A DNA stretch of 64,000 nt, from the IMG/VR virus record IMGVR_UViG_3300013936_000017, positions 1-64,000 of that record; one strand, 5' to 3'. The position numbers and the translations under genes were made by a program. The DNA comes from a virus. Lineage: Duplodnaviria > Caudoviricetes. Shown here in pieces: positions 17,160 through 28,643 of this stretch (its first letter is position 1; each line of letters begins with the position of its first letter). Under the pieces are notes generated by a model, which saw only the letters and a list, made by a program, of their open reading frames with translations, ran no database searches and was not told the origin of the DNA.

Positions 17160-19968
17160 TGGCATTAGATAAATTTATATATATTCACTCAATTGGCACA
17201 GATGCGTTATATACAGACGATGAAAAATATCGACATGACCGGCTGATTAAACTATATAAGCTGCGAAATTCTATCAAGGAATCCGGGCAAGATAAAGAAA
17301 TTCGTGATTGGCGATTAAAAAGCATAAACCGCGTACTAAAAAAAGAAAAATCTATCCTCTCTGAAATGCTTGATAAATCGTTGGAACATGACTATGCTCG
17401 AATATTGCGTTCAGATGCAATTCGAGACAAAGACGTTATCAATTTGTTTTGTTCTGAACTTACGCGAGCATTAAAAATTGAGCCGTTTACGCTTACTGAC
17501 GAGCTTATCATGGTTAACGTGTTTTTCTTTCAGGTGTTTAACAGTATTGTGCGCCATGGATTTATTTACAATGGCGAGAAGTACGTATTTTACACAGCCT
17601 CGGCTGGGCAGATAAGAACTAAACGAATGATTGCTATCAAGGAATCGTCTTACGAAAAAATCAAAAAACGCTTGATGTGTGGATTGACTGTCGAAAAGAT
17701 AAATGAGCTTGGTGGAATGAATCAGAACAAGTATTGCAGCTATCTGGCACTCACAAATTCGGCTACAGATGTTTGGGAAGGATTTGATATTCGCAAGTCT
17801 ATTGTTGTCGATGACTTTGAGACGATATTCAAGTCTGATGTTGATTATATTGACTATCAGACATATGACATTGAGCGGCGAAATATGGATGTTACGATTC
17901 CTTGTACTGATGGCTGGGGTATGGTCGATGGCGAGACGACTCGAATGTGTCGATTGCCATGGATAAAGGGACTTTTGGTAAATTTTAGATTCAAGGATTG
18001 GCTCAGAGAAAATTGTACGTCAGACCAATGGATTATTTCTGACATCTGGGGCGATGAGCATGATGTTGTGAATGATGACGTCAAATATATTTTCACCAAG
18101 AGTCAGATGAAATTGAGTAAATTTTATGATTCATGGGTTGAATATTGTGACGCGTTTGAAAAATACGGATGTCAAGCGTGTTATTGCAATATGGAAGAAG
18201 AAAATCTTCGTCCGTCCAGAATAAATTATCAGATGCTTCAGCAGCTTGTCAACCCGACTGATTATGAGCTTGATAGGATTGTAACTCGAACGAATCGAGA
18301 GATTTCGGCAATCGGCGTTGATTATCGAACGACTATGCGATTGCTCGGGGCGGTTGAAGAAAATGAGAATAAGAGCTTATTGCAAGAGGCATTGTTAATA
18401 TATCCTGAATTATTCAGAGACGAATATTTCAAAGATATATTAAAACAGACAAAAAAGAGTTTGGTTAAACAGGCGCGAGCTGGTCGGTTGAGAATCAATG
18501 GAAAATATTTATTCGTTTCGCCGAATCCCATTACGTTTTGTAGGTGGTTATTCAAGGATGAGAAATTGCCTGAAGAAGATTTTGGCCGAGATGAAATATA
18601 TACAAATCAATTCTTCGATGGTGATGAATTAGCTGTGCTTCGTTCGCCGTCCTTAGGCAAAGAATGGGCGATTCGCAAGAATAAGCGAAGTGAATATTTA
18701 GACAAGTGGCTTGGAGATTCCAAGTGTATATATACGAGTAGCTACGATACAATCAGTAAAATGCTGGCGTTCGACTGCGACGGGGACCGCTTACTCGTAG
18801 TAAAAGACCGAACGCTTATCAATGTTGCAAAACGTACAATGCAAGGTGTCGTTCCGCTTTACTACGAGATGAAAAAAGCAAAGGGTGGATTGCTTAATTC
18901 TGATTCGATGTACAAGAGTATGTCATTGGCATATACTTGTGGGAATATTGGGCCAATTAGCAATTTAATTTCTGTTGTTCATAATAACAACGAGGAAGAT
19001 AGAGAAGAAGCCGACAAGGTTATCAAGTGGCTTACAATGGAAACAAATTTTACGATTAACATTAGTCGCCTTGAGCAGTAATGTTCAAGTGAAAATCTGG
19101 TGAACCTGTAAATACAGGGTGTGCAGAAATGTGCTAACGGTGAAAATCTAAAGGCTGATGTCTATGACAATACCGTGCCAAGCCTTTAATGAGGAAGGTG
19201 TAACGACTATCCGAAAGGAGTAGCTTGTAGGTGAAATTCCTACTTGCGAAGTGCCAGACATCCATATTATGGATGAAGATATAGTCTATTCCCCTACTGA
19301 AATATCGGGAAACCGAGGGTATATAAAGAGATGGAGCTAAGACGCTATTTTTTTTAACGCGCCCAAAGTCAGTTGATAAAATTGTAAAAAAACATACAAA
19401 GGGCAAATTGCCAAACTTTTTCCAATATGCCAAAGATAAGACCGAATATCAGGTCGAACCAATAAATAATTCGACTATGAATCGAATTTCGGCTAAGATT
19501 GAGTCGTCGCGCCTGAAATTTTCAAAGACGATTGGCTCTTTGGATTATTTGATGCTTATGAATCATAATCGAGATTGCATGACAATGGTCGCGTCAGATG
19601 ATATTGTGATTCAGAGATATGATTATTGGTTGCGGCATCAATATTTGTTTAATCTTGAAGCGGATAAAGGTGTCAAGCAAGAAGATATGTATGTGTATCG
19701 CAAGATTCGAGAGGCGATTATTGACGAGACTGGCCTTGATGCTGAAGATGTGACAAATCGGCTTGTAAAATTTTTATATGTTAATCGAAAGTCGAGCCAA
19801 AAGAAAATGTTTTGGGCTTGTTTTGGAGAGGAAATTGTAAATAATCTCCAAAACAATACGAAGCAACTTGGAAATATTTGTCCGATTTGTGGCCGGAGAT
19901 ATATCCCTAAGAGGGCAAACCAAGCTGTATGTTCGGCAGAATGTGCCAGTTTGGCAAAACATATATAA
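17159..19968 (+). CDS. yonO: YonO-like single-subunit RNA polymerase; two exons 17159-19056 and 19329-19968, about 845 aa
   Basis: SAGQIR, TDGWG, R.PWIKG, LRSP, FDCDGD catalytic motif; splicing restores NFTIDGAKT; C-terminal CxxC..CxxxC. Confidence 0.88.
19057..19328 (+). mobile_element. ORF-less group I intron (272 nt) in the RNA polymerase gene
   Basis: P1 with U-G pair (CGAT/GTCG), P7 aacGACTAt...gaagataTAGTCt, terminal G, in-frame exon ligation. Confidence 0.9.
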
Positions 19969-20077
19969 GGTGGGGCTTGTGGGAAAGTTTTTTCGTCATA
20001 ATTGCAAATAAACATTAGCGATTACGACGATGTGTATGTAAATTTAATACCCCTATTATGGAGAAGATGGATAAAAT

Positions 20078-20548
20078 ATGAAAGATAAGAATGGATTTCT
20101 TTGCCTGAGATACGGAGAGGTCAAGCAACAAATTAAAGAGAGAACCGGACTTCCATCCGAGTATATTACAAAGTTTATGGATTGTTATCATGAGATTATT
20201 CGAGAGGCGCTTCTCATGGGGATTGAGGTTCCGATTTCTAATATCGGCAGATTTTCATTTGATGTTACGCAACCTCGCCCAGCCGGTGTTTATTGGGATG
20301 GCCTTAGAAAGACGAGACATGAATTTCTGCCAAGACAAGGATATTATCGGTTGAAATTTGACACCGACAAGCATTTTAAGAAGCAGCTCAAGGGTGCTAC
20401 ATTATTTGGCGAACGAGCCAATGATGATGAGTATTGGGCTAAGATGGCAGAGGATTTTGGTTGGGAATATGTCGAGACAAGAAATTCTTATAGGAAATAC
20501 ATGAGAGAAAAACTGGAAAAAGAGGAACAAATGGAAAAGGAGGTTTAA
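20078..20548 (+). CDS. Divergent HU/IHF-like protein
   Basis: IIREAL..GIEVPISNIGRFSF...RLKF fold pattern. Confidence 0.55.
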   Translation: MKDKNGFLCLRYGEVKQQIKERTGLPSEYITKFMDCYHEIIREALLMGIEVPISNIGRFSFDVTQPRPAGVYWDGLRKTRHEFLPRQGYYRLKFDTDKHFKKQLKGATLFGERANDDEYWAKMAEDFGWEYVETRNSYRKYMREKLEKEEQMEKEV

Positions 20549-20552
20549 GCCG

Positions 20553-21056
20553 ATGACGAAGGAGGAAAAAGACTTTTACCTCCTAGCGTGTAGATGGCTA
20601 GAAACCGATAATGTCAACACGGTAAAAAAGTATTGGGATGCTTTTGTTGAGGTTATCGTTCATGAGGTCTTTGTAAAAGGATTTTGTTATGTTCCTAGTA
20701 TTGGTACGATTCATACGAAGACCAGAAAAGGGTATCAGGAAAAAATAAAAAATGAAGATGGCGGATATGATATATATGATGTGCCGCCATACTCTACGCC
20801 GTTTCTTTCGCCCGAAGATGGTTTCATCAATGACGTTAATATGTTTGGCGTGACGACTACATATCGCAAGAGATATAAGAAAAAGAAGCTATCTCAGCGC
20901 GACATTAACCGTATTGCACGAGCCGAAACATATAAGTTGATGTCCAATATTTCAGAGGAAGATAAAAAGCGCAGTCGCCAAGAATTCCAAGAATATTTAC
21001 GCAAGAAGCAAGAAGAATTAAAAGCAAAGGAGCAACCGCCCGATGAAGAGAAATGA
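20553..21056 (+). CDS. Hypothetical protein, weakly HU-like
   Basis: FVEVIVHEV...VPSIGTI..K pattern; GGAGG RBS. Confidence 0.5.
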   Translation: MTKEEKDFYLLACRWLETDNVNTVKKYWDAFVEVIVHEVFVKGFCYVPSIGTIHTKTRKGYQEKIKNEDGGYDIYDVPPYSTPFLSPEDGFINDVNMFGVTTTYRKRYKKKKLSQRDINRIARAETYKLMSNISEEDKKRSRQEFQEYLRKKQEELKAKEQPPDEEK

Positions 21057-22239
21057 TGGCGAGAGCTATATTGGCTTTTGCCAAAGAGTAACGCAAGCTG
21101 TAGATGATGGCTTGCTGTCGTATGATGATTGGTCGGAGTCACTGCTTGGCGCAGTTCGTTATTCTCCTGAGACATTGCGCAGATGTTTTGTTTTTGTTAA
21201 GCAAATTCTTCAAAATGCAGAAGATGATGAAATTGAAGGAATTGATGATAAAGATAAGCTGGCTCAGTTACTAGAGGCCAAGGAAGAACTCGTCGTTGAG
21301 CGCAAAAAATTGCAAACTGTGAATCTTCAAGCGCAAGAATATTATCGAGCTGTAGGTCGAAGCGAGCTGCTTGTTGAGCAAATTAAAGAGGCTATTGCTG
21401 GTCTTGAACCAGTAAAGCCAGTAGATATTATTCTTTCTAAGAATTGTGAAAAAACAGGCATTCTTGTGGTTGCTGATGCTCATTATGATAGCAATTTCAC
21501 AGTTAATGGCTTATTTGGAGAAGTTGTCAACGTCTATAATAAAGACGTTTTCAAAACACGTATGTGGAATCTATTGGCTAAGATTGACCGAGATGATATT
21601 GACATTGATAAACTAAAGATTGTATTCGGTGGCGATTCTCTTGAGGGGCTTATTCGAGCCAGTAGTCTAACAAAGTTGCGTCAACCAGTGGTTAAGTCAA
21701 CCATTGAATTCGCGGAGTTTGTGTCGCAATGGCTTATTGAAGTTCAAAGCCGGCTTGGCTTGCCGCTTGAGGTGGCTTTTGTTCCGGGCAATCATACTGT
21801 TTGCCGTTATTTGTCACAGAAGCCAGAATTCCCAGAAGAGAACTTAGAATACATTATTCATTCATTCGTATCGCTGCGGCTTGAAAATTGCCGCGACATC
21901 AAGGTTGAGTCATATGACGATGTGTATTTTACGACTGTTTACAATGAAAATCTTTTATTTGCTCATGGTGAAACAAGGGATTTAGAGCAGTTGATGGTTT
22001 ACTTCGAGAACCTATACAATATTTCAATTGATGCTTGCTATGGGGCGCATCTTCATAGTGAATCAAGTAAAGCAATTGGGGTTGGCAGTGTGGGTTCTAA
22101 GAGAATTATTAGAGTACCGTCGATGTGCGGAACCGACCAATATGCCAAGTCGATTCAGAAGAATAACCGTGCTGGCGCGTATTTCGCGTGTTTTGATGAA
22201 GACGGCGAGTGCTTTAATAAGATTTATTATCTAAATTGA
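21043..22239 (+). CDS. Calcineurin-like metallophosphoesterase with N-terminal coiled coil
   Basis: DxH (ADAHYD), GD, GNH, AHG and HxH motifs; same position as in SPbeta-like phages. Confidence 0.85.
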   Translation: MKRNDGESYIGFCQRVTQAVDDGLLSYDDWSESLLGAVRYSPETLRRCFVFVKQILQNAEDDEIEGIDDKDKLAQLLEAKEELVVERKKLQTVNLQAQEYYRAVGRSELLVEQIKEAIAGLEPVKPVDIILSKNCEKTGILVVADAHYDSNFTVNGLFGEVVNVYNKDVFKTRMWNLLAKIDRDDIDIDKLKIVFGGDSLEGLIRASSLTKLRQPVVKSTIEFAEFVSQWLIEVQSRLGLPLEVAFVPGNHTVCRYLSQKPEFPEENLEYIIHSFVSLRLENCRDIKVESYDDVYFTTVYNENLLFAHGETRDLEQLMVYFENLYNISIDACYGAHLHSESSKAIGVGSVGSKRIIRVPSMCGTDQYAKSIQKNNRAGAYFACFDEDGECFNKIYYLN

Positions 22240-22584
22240 TTCATGCTTGACCGCATATGCCTAGCAAAGCTGTAAAATCAATGCGGTTAAGTTTTGAATA
22301 TAACTGGATTTGTCAGGCTATTAGCTGGACACTTAACTAATTCAAGGCGTTCCGCTGCCGTAAATGCGGGACTTTAATTATGATAAAGATTGGAGGTCAT
22401 CAAATTTTGTCCACCTGTTTGATGTTTCAAACTAAAGCATGAAAGGAGATGGTCAACTATCTCGTGCAAGTCGGACGAGCCGATACTACACGTTGCAATT
22501 TGATAATTTAATATTGATGTAATTAGTCCTCGGCAGATATGTTCTGTCGGGGATTTTTCTATAACTAGATAAGGATGAAATAAA

Positions 22585-23454
22585 ATGGGAGCTTCATGGA
22601 ACGAGAATTTAGAGCGCGTTTGCGGAAAATGCCAAAAGGCAAAGCATAAGACGCAATTTTATAAAATTCCAAAGACTAAAGACTATATTCCTGTTTGCAA
22701 GATGTGCCTGAAGCAGTATTTCAATGAAATTCAAAAGAATACTAGCAGCGACGACGTGGCATTATGGGCATCTCTCATGGCCGCTGGCGTTCCAATGATG
22801 CGCGATGTATATGATACAATGATGTCTGCCGGTGATGTTGCGGGGAACAATATGTTGCCGACATATTTTACATTGGCCGAACAAAGCAATCGTGATTTTG
22901 TTAATTTATATGATAGCAATATGCAATTCAGCGATTTCGTTGATTATGGCGAATATGATTTGAAGTCAGAGCCAGAGGACATAACAAATGTTGCGGTAGA
23001 TGCAAAAACTCGTCGCCGTTGGGATAAGGAATGGGGCGCTGCTTATAGTGATGTTCAGTGTCAGCAATTAGACGAGTATTTTGAAGGATATACCGGTGAT
23101 TTGTCTGATATGGATGTTGGTATGACGCTGCGCTATCGTGACTTGTGTAAGGCCGAATTACGCAAGTTCGAGGGTGATGATGATAAGGGGCAGACCACAA
23201 AGGAAATTGTCGATTTGATGAAATTGCTTAAAATTTCTGATTTTCAGAGTGCCGCTGATAAATCTGATTCGCTGATTGCTTATGAAAAAGTTATTGCGAT
23301 GATTGAATATAATAAGCCAGCAGAATTAGAGGACATACAGAAATATCGTGATATATGCGAATATGAAAAGGACAGAGCGGAGGATATGAGATGTTTGAGA
23401 AATGCAATTGCAAATTCTCGTGAATACCCAGACATCCCATATGAAGAACAATGA
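22585..23454 (+). CDS. Zn-finger protein preceding the terminase (candidate small terminase)
   Basis: CGKC...CKMC; ATGA-coupled to the large terminase. Confidence 0.6.
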   Translation: MGASWNENLERVCGKCQKAKHKTQFYKIPKTKDYIPVCKMCLKQYFNEIQKNTSSDDVALWASLMAAGVPMMRDVYDTMMSAGDVAGNNMLPTYFTLAEQSNRDFVNLYDSNMQFSDFVDYGEYDLKSEPEDITNVAVDAKTRRRWDKEWGAAYSDVQCQQLDEYFEGYTGDLSDMDVGMTLRYRDLCKAELRKFEGDDDKGQTTKEIVDLMKLLKISDFQSAADKSDSLIAYEKVIAMIEYNKPAELEDIQKYRDICEYEKDRAEDMRCLRNAIANSREYPDIPYEEQ

Positions 23455-25292
23455 AATCTGCTACTGGTGCGCTTCGTAGGCGCTTTATGCAAAATCAACT
23501 TAGTAGAACTGTCGATACTACAAAAGGTATAAAAGTCGACGTTGAAAGCAATGTTATTGAGTGGACGAGCTTATTTCGTAGAAATTGGGATGTTTATGTA
23601 GAGCTTGTTCTAGGTATAAAATTAAAACCATTTCAACGTGAAGCAATACATCTTTTAGGTGTGTCGGATGTGTTCTTTTGGCGAGCAAGTCGCGGAACTT
23701 CGAAAACGTTTGTTTCCGCGTTGGCATCTTTAGTGAAGCTCTTGCTTTATCCGAACAGTTGGGTTGTTCTTACTGCATCTACTTCTGACCAAGCAAATAA
23801 GATTGTTGAAGATAAGATAGTTGGTGAGATAATATTAAAGCTATCTAAGTATCTTCAATATTATTATGAGCAGGAATGGATTGTTGTGACAAAGCCGGGG
23901 GATGGCTATGTTATAAAATGCACGTTAAATAATTCTACGTTAAAAGTTCTTGCGCCTGTTCCTAGTTCTAAAGGTAGCCGCAGCACCTTTACAATTTATG
24001 ATGAGGTTGCCATTATGAAAAAGAATGATATTGACGATATTTTTGATGGAATGTTATTCCCAAGGCAAGCTGCATATCTTAGTAAGCCGGAATATGCGAA
24101 AAATCGTCGATGGGTGGAAGAGTCAAAGGCGATATATTTGACGTCTTCATATTATTCGTTCATGTGGTGGTATAAGACATGGAAAGATTGTGTAACTGGC
24201 TACTATGTTGATAAGAGAACTAAATATAATGTTTGTGCGTCCGACTTTTTTGTTAGTATTAACAATAATTTAAAAACATGGGGCGATTATAGAAGAGCCA
24301 AACATATTAATGGCGATATTGAGTTCAGGATGAACTATTTGAATGAAGCTGTTGGTAATAGTGAAGATGCGTTCTTTAGCCTTGAATCATTCAAGAATAA
24401 TCAAGTTCTTGAAAAATGTTTTATGCCGCCAACACCAACAGATATGATAATTGGGAATGAAATAGAAAATCGCAAAAAGAAGCAAAAAGAAGTTCGTATT
24501 GTTGTCTCTGATTTTGCGTGGACTGAAACAAGAAAGAAACACGAATCAGATAATAGTATTGCATTTTGTATCAGTGGTATTTGGAAGAAAGATCACTTTG
24601 AGAAATATGTAGACTACATAGAAACATTGCCGACCGCTGATGATGCAGATGGGTGTGCTAATAGATTAAAAGAACTTTATTGGCTTTATGATGCAGATTA
24701 TCTCGTCCCGGACGCTCGTTCGGGTGGTGAGGCGGTAATGAATTCTCTTAGCAAGCCGTATGATGGTGAATATGGGTCTTATATAAATCTACATGGGCTT
24801 ATTATTAGTAATATGATGCAATATCAAGTTGCGCCTAGTGACAAACTTGATTATTATCGTTCTAAAGCAGTAGACCAAGATGGTCATAAATGCGTAATCC
24901 CAATTTTTGGTAGTGCAGCATTAAATACATCATATTGGCGCTCCATGAAACGCGCGTTGGAACGCGGAAGATTAAAAATGCTTATAAGTATGGCCGACAA
25001 ACAGAATCAACTACAAGATTCTGGGGAATATTTTAAGATGTCGTCCGAAAAACTTGCAAATACTGTTGCGCCATATGGACAAACAGATTTATTTATTATG
25101 GAATCTGTTAATCTCAAGACGGAGATTAAGAATGACAATATTAAATTAGAAGCACCTCGTGGCGGACATCGTGACCGAGTAGTCACGTGTGCCATGGGAC
25201 TTTTGATTTTTGACCTTATTGAAAATGAATGGTTAAAACAGGAGCAATCCAATACGGATATTGACCTAGAATCAATAGAATTAGTATTTTAA
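23451..25292 (+). CDS. terL: Terminase large subunit
   Basis: LKPFQ, Walker A ASRGTSKT, Walker B TIYDE, nuclease VSD...RDR motifs. Confidence 0.92.
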   Translation: MKSATGALRRRFMQNQLSRTVDTTKGIKVDVESNVIEWTSLFRRNWDVYVELVLGIKLKPFQREAIHLLGVSDVFFWRASRGTSKTFVSALASLVKLLLYPNSWVVLTASTSDQANKIVEDKIVGEIILKLSKYLQYYYEQEWIVVTKPGDGYVIKCTLNNSTLKVLAPVPSSKGSRSTFTIYDEVAIMKKNDIDDIFDGMLFPRQAAYLSKPEYAKNRRWVEESKAIYLTSSYYSFMWWYKTWKDCVTGYYVDKRTKYNVCASDFFVSINNNLKTWGDYRRAKHINGDIEFRMNYLNEAVGNSEDAFFSLESFKNNQVLEKCFMPPTPTDMIIGNEIENRKKKQKEVRIVVSDFAWTETRKKHESDNSIAFCISGIWKKDHFEKYVDYIETLPTADDADGCANRLKELYWLYDADYLVPDARSGGEAVMNSLSKPYDGEYGSYINLHGLIISNMMQYQVAPSDKLDYYRSKAVDQDGHKCVIPIFGSAALNTSYWRSMKRALERGRLKMLISMADKQNQLQDSGEYFKMSSEKLANTVAPYGQTDLFIMESVNLKTEIKNDNIKLEAPRGGHRDRVVTCAMGLLIFDLIENEWLKQEQSNTDIDLESIELVF

Positions 25293-25309
25293 TAGAAAGG
25301 AGGGTTTGA

Positions 25310-26896
25310 ATGGCAGAGATAAAAGAGCCGCTTATTACATTTGAACAATCTGAAGCGGTAGTAAAATTCGCACAAGCGCTATATGCTTATGACCGATACG
25401 GTGCGTGGTCGCCTTGGATGAGTAATGAACTGCTCAGAAATCTGAATTACAATGGTCGGCCAGTTAATTCCGACAAGATTCGTGAAGCACTGACAAAGGC
25501 GCAATCAGACCCCGGCGTTGTTCAGGATTATATGCAGTTTATGCGAACGTTTGATATGATTTTTGCTAGGACGCTGAAATCGTATGCGAATGCGCTCAGT
25601 TTTGATGTTGTCCCAGTGTGCAATAATATTTATACTAAAGACGAGTACGAATCTAAGGAGTATCTGGCCGACAAGAAACGCATGGAAGATTTCCTTGTTC
25701 GATTTGATTATCGTAAAGAATTTCGGAATGTTGTTGAAAATGTGTTGACGAATGAAGTTTATTACACATGGTTCAGAAAAGTCAAGTGGAAGAATAAGGG
25801 GATGAAGTATGCCCTTCAGATTCTTCCGCAAAAAGAGTGTATGATGACCGGATATTGGGAACGCGGCATACTTTTTGATTTTAATATGGCGTATTTCCTT
25901 AACCCCGGTGTTGACATTGATGCTTACGACCCGGCCTTTAAGAAATATTTTAATCGTGTATTCGGGGACAATGAGACGATTGAGAATTATCGGCCAACAA
26001 ATCCGCTTGCAAAGCGTGATGGCACGTATGCGCTTTGGACGCAGACAAGCCCAAATGATGGCGCATTTGTATTTAAGTTCGACACTAGCAACTTCAACGA
26101 AACGCCGTTCTTAGCACCATTTCTTAAAAACGCAATTAACAACGATGAAATTCAAGAGCTTCAGTACGATAAAGATATTGCCGAGGCGTATGGTATTCTA
26201 GCTGGTGAAATTGCAACATTTGAATCGGCTAAGTCTGGTACACAAACAGACCAGATGGTATTTAAGCCTGAGACGTTGGCTGGCTTTATGCGTAATGCAA
26301 AACGCGGCCTCAGTAATAGAATCAAATTAGCTGCGTTGCCAGTCAAGAATCTTGATTTTTATCAATTTGAGGACAAAAATACAGATATGTACTCGAATCA
26401 ATTGTCGTCGTCGGCTGGCGTTGGCACTGGTATTAGTCGCGTTATCTATTCATCTGATAGAATGAGTAGTGCTGAAATTGAAGCCGCATTAAATGAAGTT
26501 TATGAGACAATGAAACCTCTTTATGCGCAGTTTGGTAATTTCCTTGAATTTTATGTGGGGCAGATTACCAAAAAATATAAGTGGTCATTTATTTTCCCGA
26601 ATGGATGCACTTATCCGCATAAACGTAAGGAATATTTTGACAATCTGACAAAGATGGCTGATAAAGGACTTGTTCCGCCTCCTGCTATGTGGGCGTCATC
26701 TGTTAATACTACTCCTGTATTGTTTGAGCGTATGCTTGAAGAAAGTAAATATACAGGCTGGCTTGATAAATATTCACAACTTATGGCAAATGCAAATACC
26801 GCGTCATTCGGTAGTACGTCAGAGGATAAAGGCGGACGACCAGAAATGGATGATGGTGATTTATCAGATTCAGCTGAAATGAATAGGAATCAGTAG
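25310..26896 (+). CDS. Portal protein
   Basis: 528 aa directly after terminase; C-terminal KGGRP motif. Confidence 0.8.
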   Translation: MAEIKEPLITFEQSEAVVKFAQALYAYDRYGAWSPWMSNELLRNLNYNGRPVNSDKIREALTKAQSDPGVVQDYMQFMRTFDMIFARTLKSYANALSFDVVPVCNNIYTKDEYESKEYLADKKRMEDFLVRFDYRKEFRNVVENVLTNEVYYTWFRKVKWKNKGMKYALQILPQKECMMTGYWERGILFDFNMAYFLNPGVDIDAYDPAFKKYFNRVFGDNETIENYRPTNPLAKRDGTYALWTQTSPNDGAFVFKFDTSNFNETPFLAPFLKNAINNDEIQELQYDKDIAEAYGILAGEIATFESAKSGTQTDQMVFKPETLAGFMRNAKRGLSNRIKLAALPVKNLDFYQFEDKNTDMYSNQLSSSAGVGTGISRVIYSSDRMSSAEIEAALNEVYETMKPLYAQFGNFLEFYVGQITKKYKWSFIFPNGCTYPHKRKEYFDNLTKMADKGLVPPPAMWASSVNTTPVLFERMLEESKYTGWLDKYSQLMANANTASFGSTSEDKGGRPEMDDGDLSDSAEMNRNQ

Positions 26897-26906
26897 GAGA
26901 ATAAAT

Positions 26907-27083
26907 ATGATTATCATTGGCGAACCAGATAATATTGAAGATTATTATTTCGCAGATGGAGAATTAGCAGTTCGGCTGCATCAAGCTGGTTTTATTCCGA
27001 AATATAAGGCCGACTGCGGGATGTATTTTAAGATTTCACATAAGTTGTTAAAGTTTCTAGCTAAGATTGGCGAGGAAATTTAA
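26907..27083 (+). CDS. 58-aa hypothetical protein
   Basis: Read by hand: MIIIGEPDNIEDYYFADGELAVRLHQAGF...; AGGAG RBS. Confidence 0.65.
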   Translation: MIIIGEPDNIEDYYFADGELAVRLHQAGFIPKYKADCGMYFKISHKLLKFLAKIGEEI

Positions 27084-27116
27084 CATATATCATTCTTAAA
27101 GAAAGGAGGAGGCTAT

Positions 27117-28622
27117 TTGGAGAAATATGCAAGTTTTTCTGTGGACGACATTAAGAAGATTGACTTTTCCGAGTATGACGAGGATGAGTATATGGCGGCA
27201 CGCCTAGGGTATTTTTCCACACGTCCAAATTCCCATGAAATTGGCGTTTCAGAAGATGTCCTTTGTGAATTTGCCCCGTCAGTTCTTGGCAAATGGGTAG
27301 TTGCGAAAATGCACAATGGTGATGCAGGGACTCACGAAAAAGACGAGTGTATTGTTGGCATCGTTCCTAAAGAGCAGGATGTTGAATTTATTGAAGATGA
27401 TGATGGGTATCTTCGTGCTTATGTAGATTGTGTACTGAGCAAGAGATATGCAAGTGATTTCTGCGATATTTTTAGTGAGGAAGATTCAACGCGCGCCGTT
27501 TCTATTGAGGCTAAATTCGTCATGGACGGGAACGATGCTACGGCGTTTGATATTTGTGGCGTAACGTGTCTCGGTCGCAAATTCCGTCCCTCGGTCCCTG
27601 AGTCAGAAATTGCTATCGTTCGTTTTTCCGAAGAAGATGCTGAAACCTATTATGAAAAGATGCACGAGGACAAACTTGTCAAATTAAAGCAATTTGTCGA
27701 TGATAATAAATCCGAGTATGTTTCTCATCCAGTTAATACCAGTAAAGACGCTATTTACACTGGCGAATGGGATGGTCAGAAAGCCAAACAAGATTTGGTT
27801 AAAGAAAAGAATTATAATACCTTGGCCAAGAAAGTTTGTATGAAACTAGAACCGGGCTGGGAAGATAGAGAAGTTACAAAACTCGGTTATCCAGTCATGG
27901 GGCTTTATGATGGCGAATGGCGCTATTCTGCTAAAGGATTAGCGTCTGCGCTTGGTTATGCGAAGAAAGAAAATGAAACAGAGGTCATTTCTAAGATTGA
28001 AAAAATCTATAAGAAACTAGACATAGAATCTGAAGGAAAGGAGGAAAAGATGGCTATGGAGATTGAAAATATTGAGCCAGAGGTCATTGAGACTGAACAA
28101 CATTTTGAAGAAACTCCTGTTCCAGAGGATAAAGATGTCAAGACGGAAGAAATGGCGCATGATGAACCATGTGATGGCGAATGCGAGTCAGAGGAAGAAC
28201 ATGAAATGTCTGCCGATGAAATGAAAGCAGAGATTGAACGCCTCACTGCCGATGTCGAAGAAAAGCAAAATATCATCATGGATAAGGATTCTTCTATTGA
28301 GGCCATGACTACCGAGCTTGAGGAGCTTCGTGCGTACAAAGAGGCGATTCTTGCAAAAGAGCGCGCCATCTGCGTTGAGGCCATTATGGCTGACGTCAAG
28401 AGTTTTGTCGATGACGAGCAGTATAAGTCTTTCCGCGAGGAAGGTCTTGCTTGTAAAGAAGATGAGCTAGAGGCTTGGACAAATAAGGTCAAGGCCACTT
28501 GCTTTAGTGAAGTAAAGAAGAATATTAAAAAGGATGATGCGGGCGTCTTTACGTTCGCGGCTCCAAAAGCCCCTGATACTAAGAAATCTACTAGTATTTG
28601 GGATAGACTTAAAAATCAATAA
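27117..28622 (+). CDS. Prohead protease/scaffold fusion
   Basis: GTHE, AVSIE and GVTCLG...P protease-like motifs; acidic coiled-coil C terminus; position between portal and capsid. Confidence 0.75.
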   Translation: MEKYASFSVDDIKKIDFSEYDEDEYMAARLGYFSTRPNSHEIGVSEDVLCEFAPSVLGKWVVAKMHNGDAGTHEKDECIVGIVPKEQDVEFIEDDDGYLRAYVDCVLSKRYASDFCDIFSEEDSTRAVSIEAKFVMDGNDATAFDICGVTCLGRKFRPSVPESEIAIVRFSEEDAETYYEKMHEDKLVKLKQFVDDNKSEYVSHPVNTSKDAIYTGEWDGQKAKQDLVKEKNYNTLAKKVCMKLEPGWEDREVTKLGYPVMGLYDGEWRYSAKGLASALGYAKKENETEVISKIEKIYKKLDIESEGKEEKMAMEIENIEPEVIETEQHFEETPVPEDKDVKTEEMAHDEPCDGECESEEEHEMSADEMKAEIERLTADVEEKQNIIMDKDSSIEAMTTELEELRAYKEAILAKERAICVEAIMADVKSFVDDEQYKSFREEGLACKEDELEAWTNKVKATCFSEVKKNIKKDDAGVFTFAAPKAPDTKKSTSIWDRLKNQ

Positions 28623-28643
28623 TTTATAAAGGAGATTATTATT

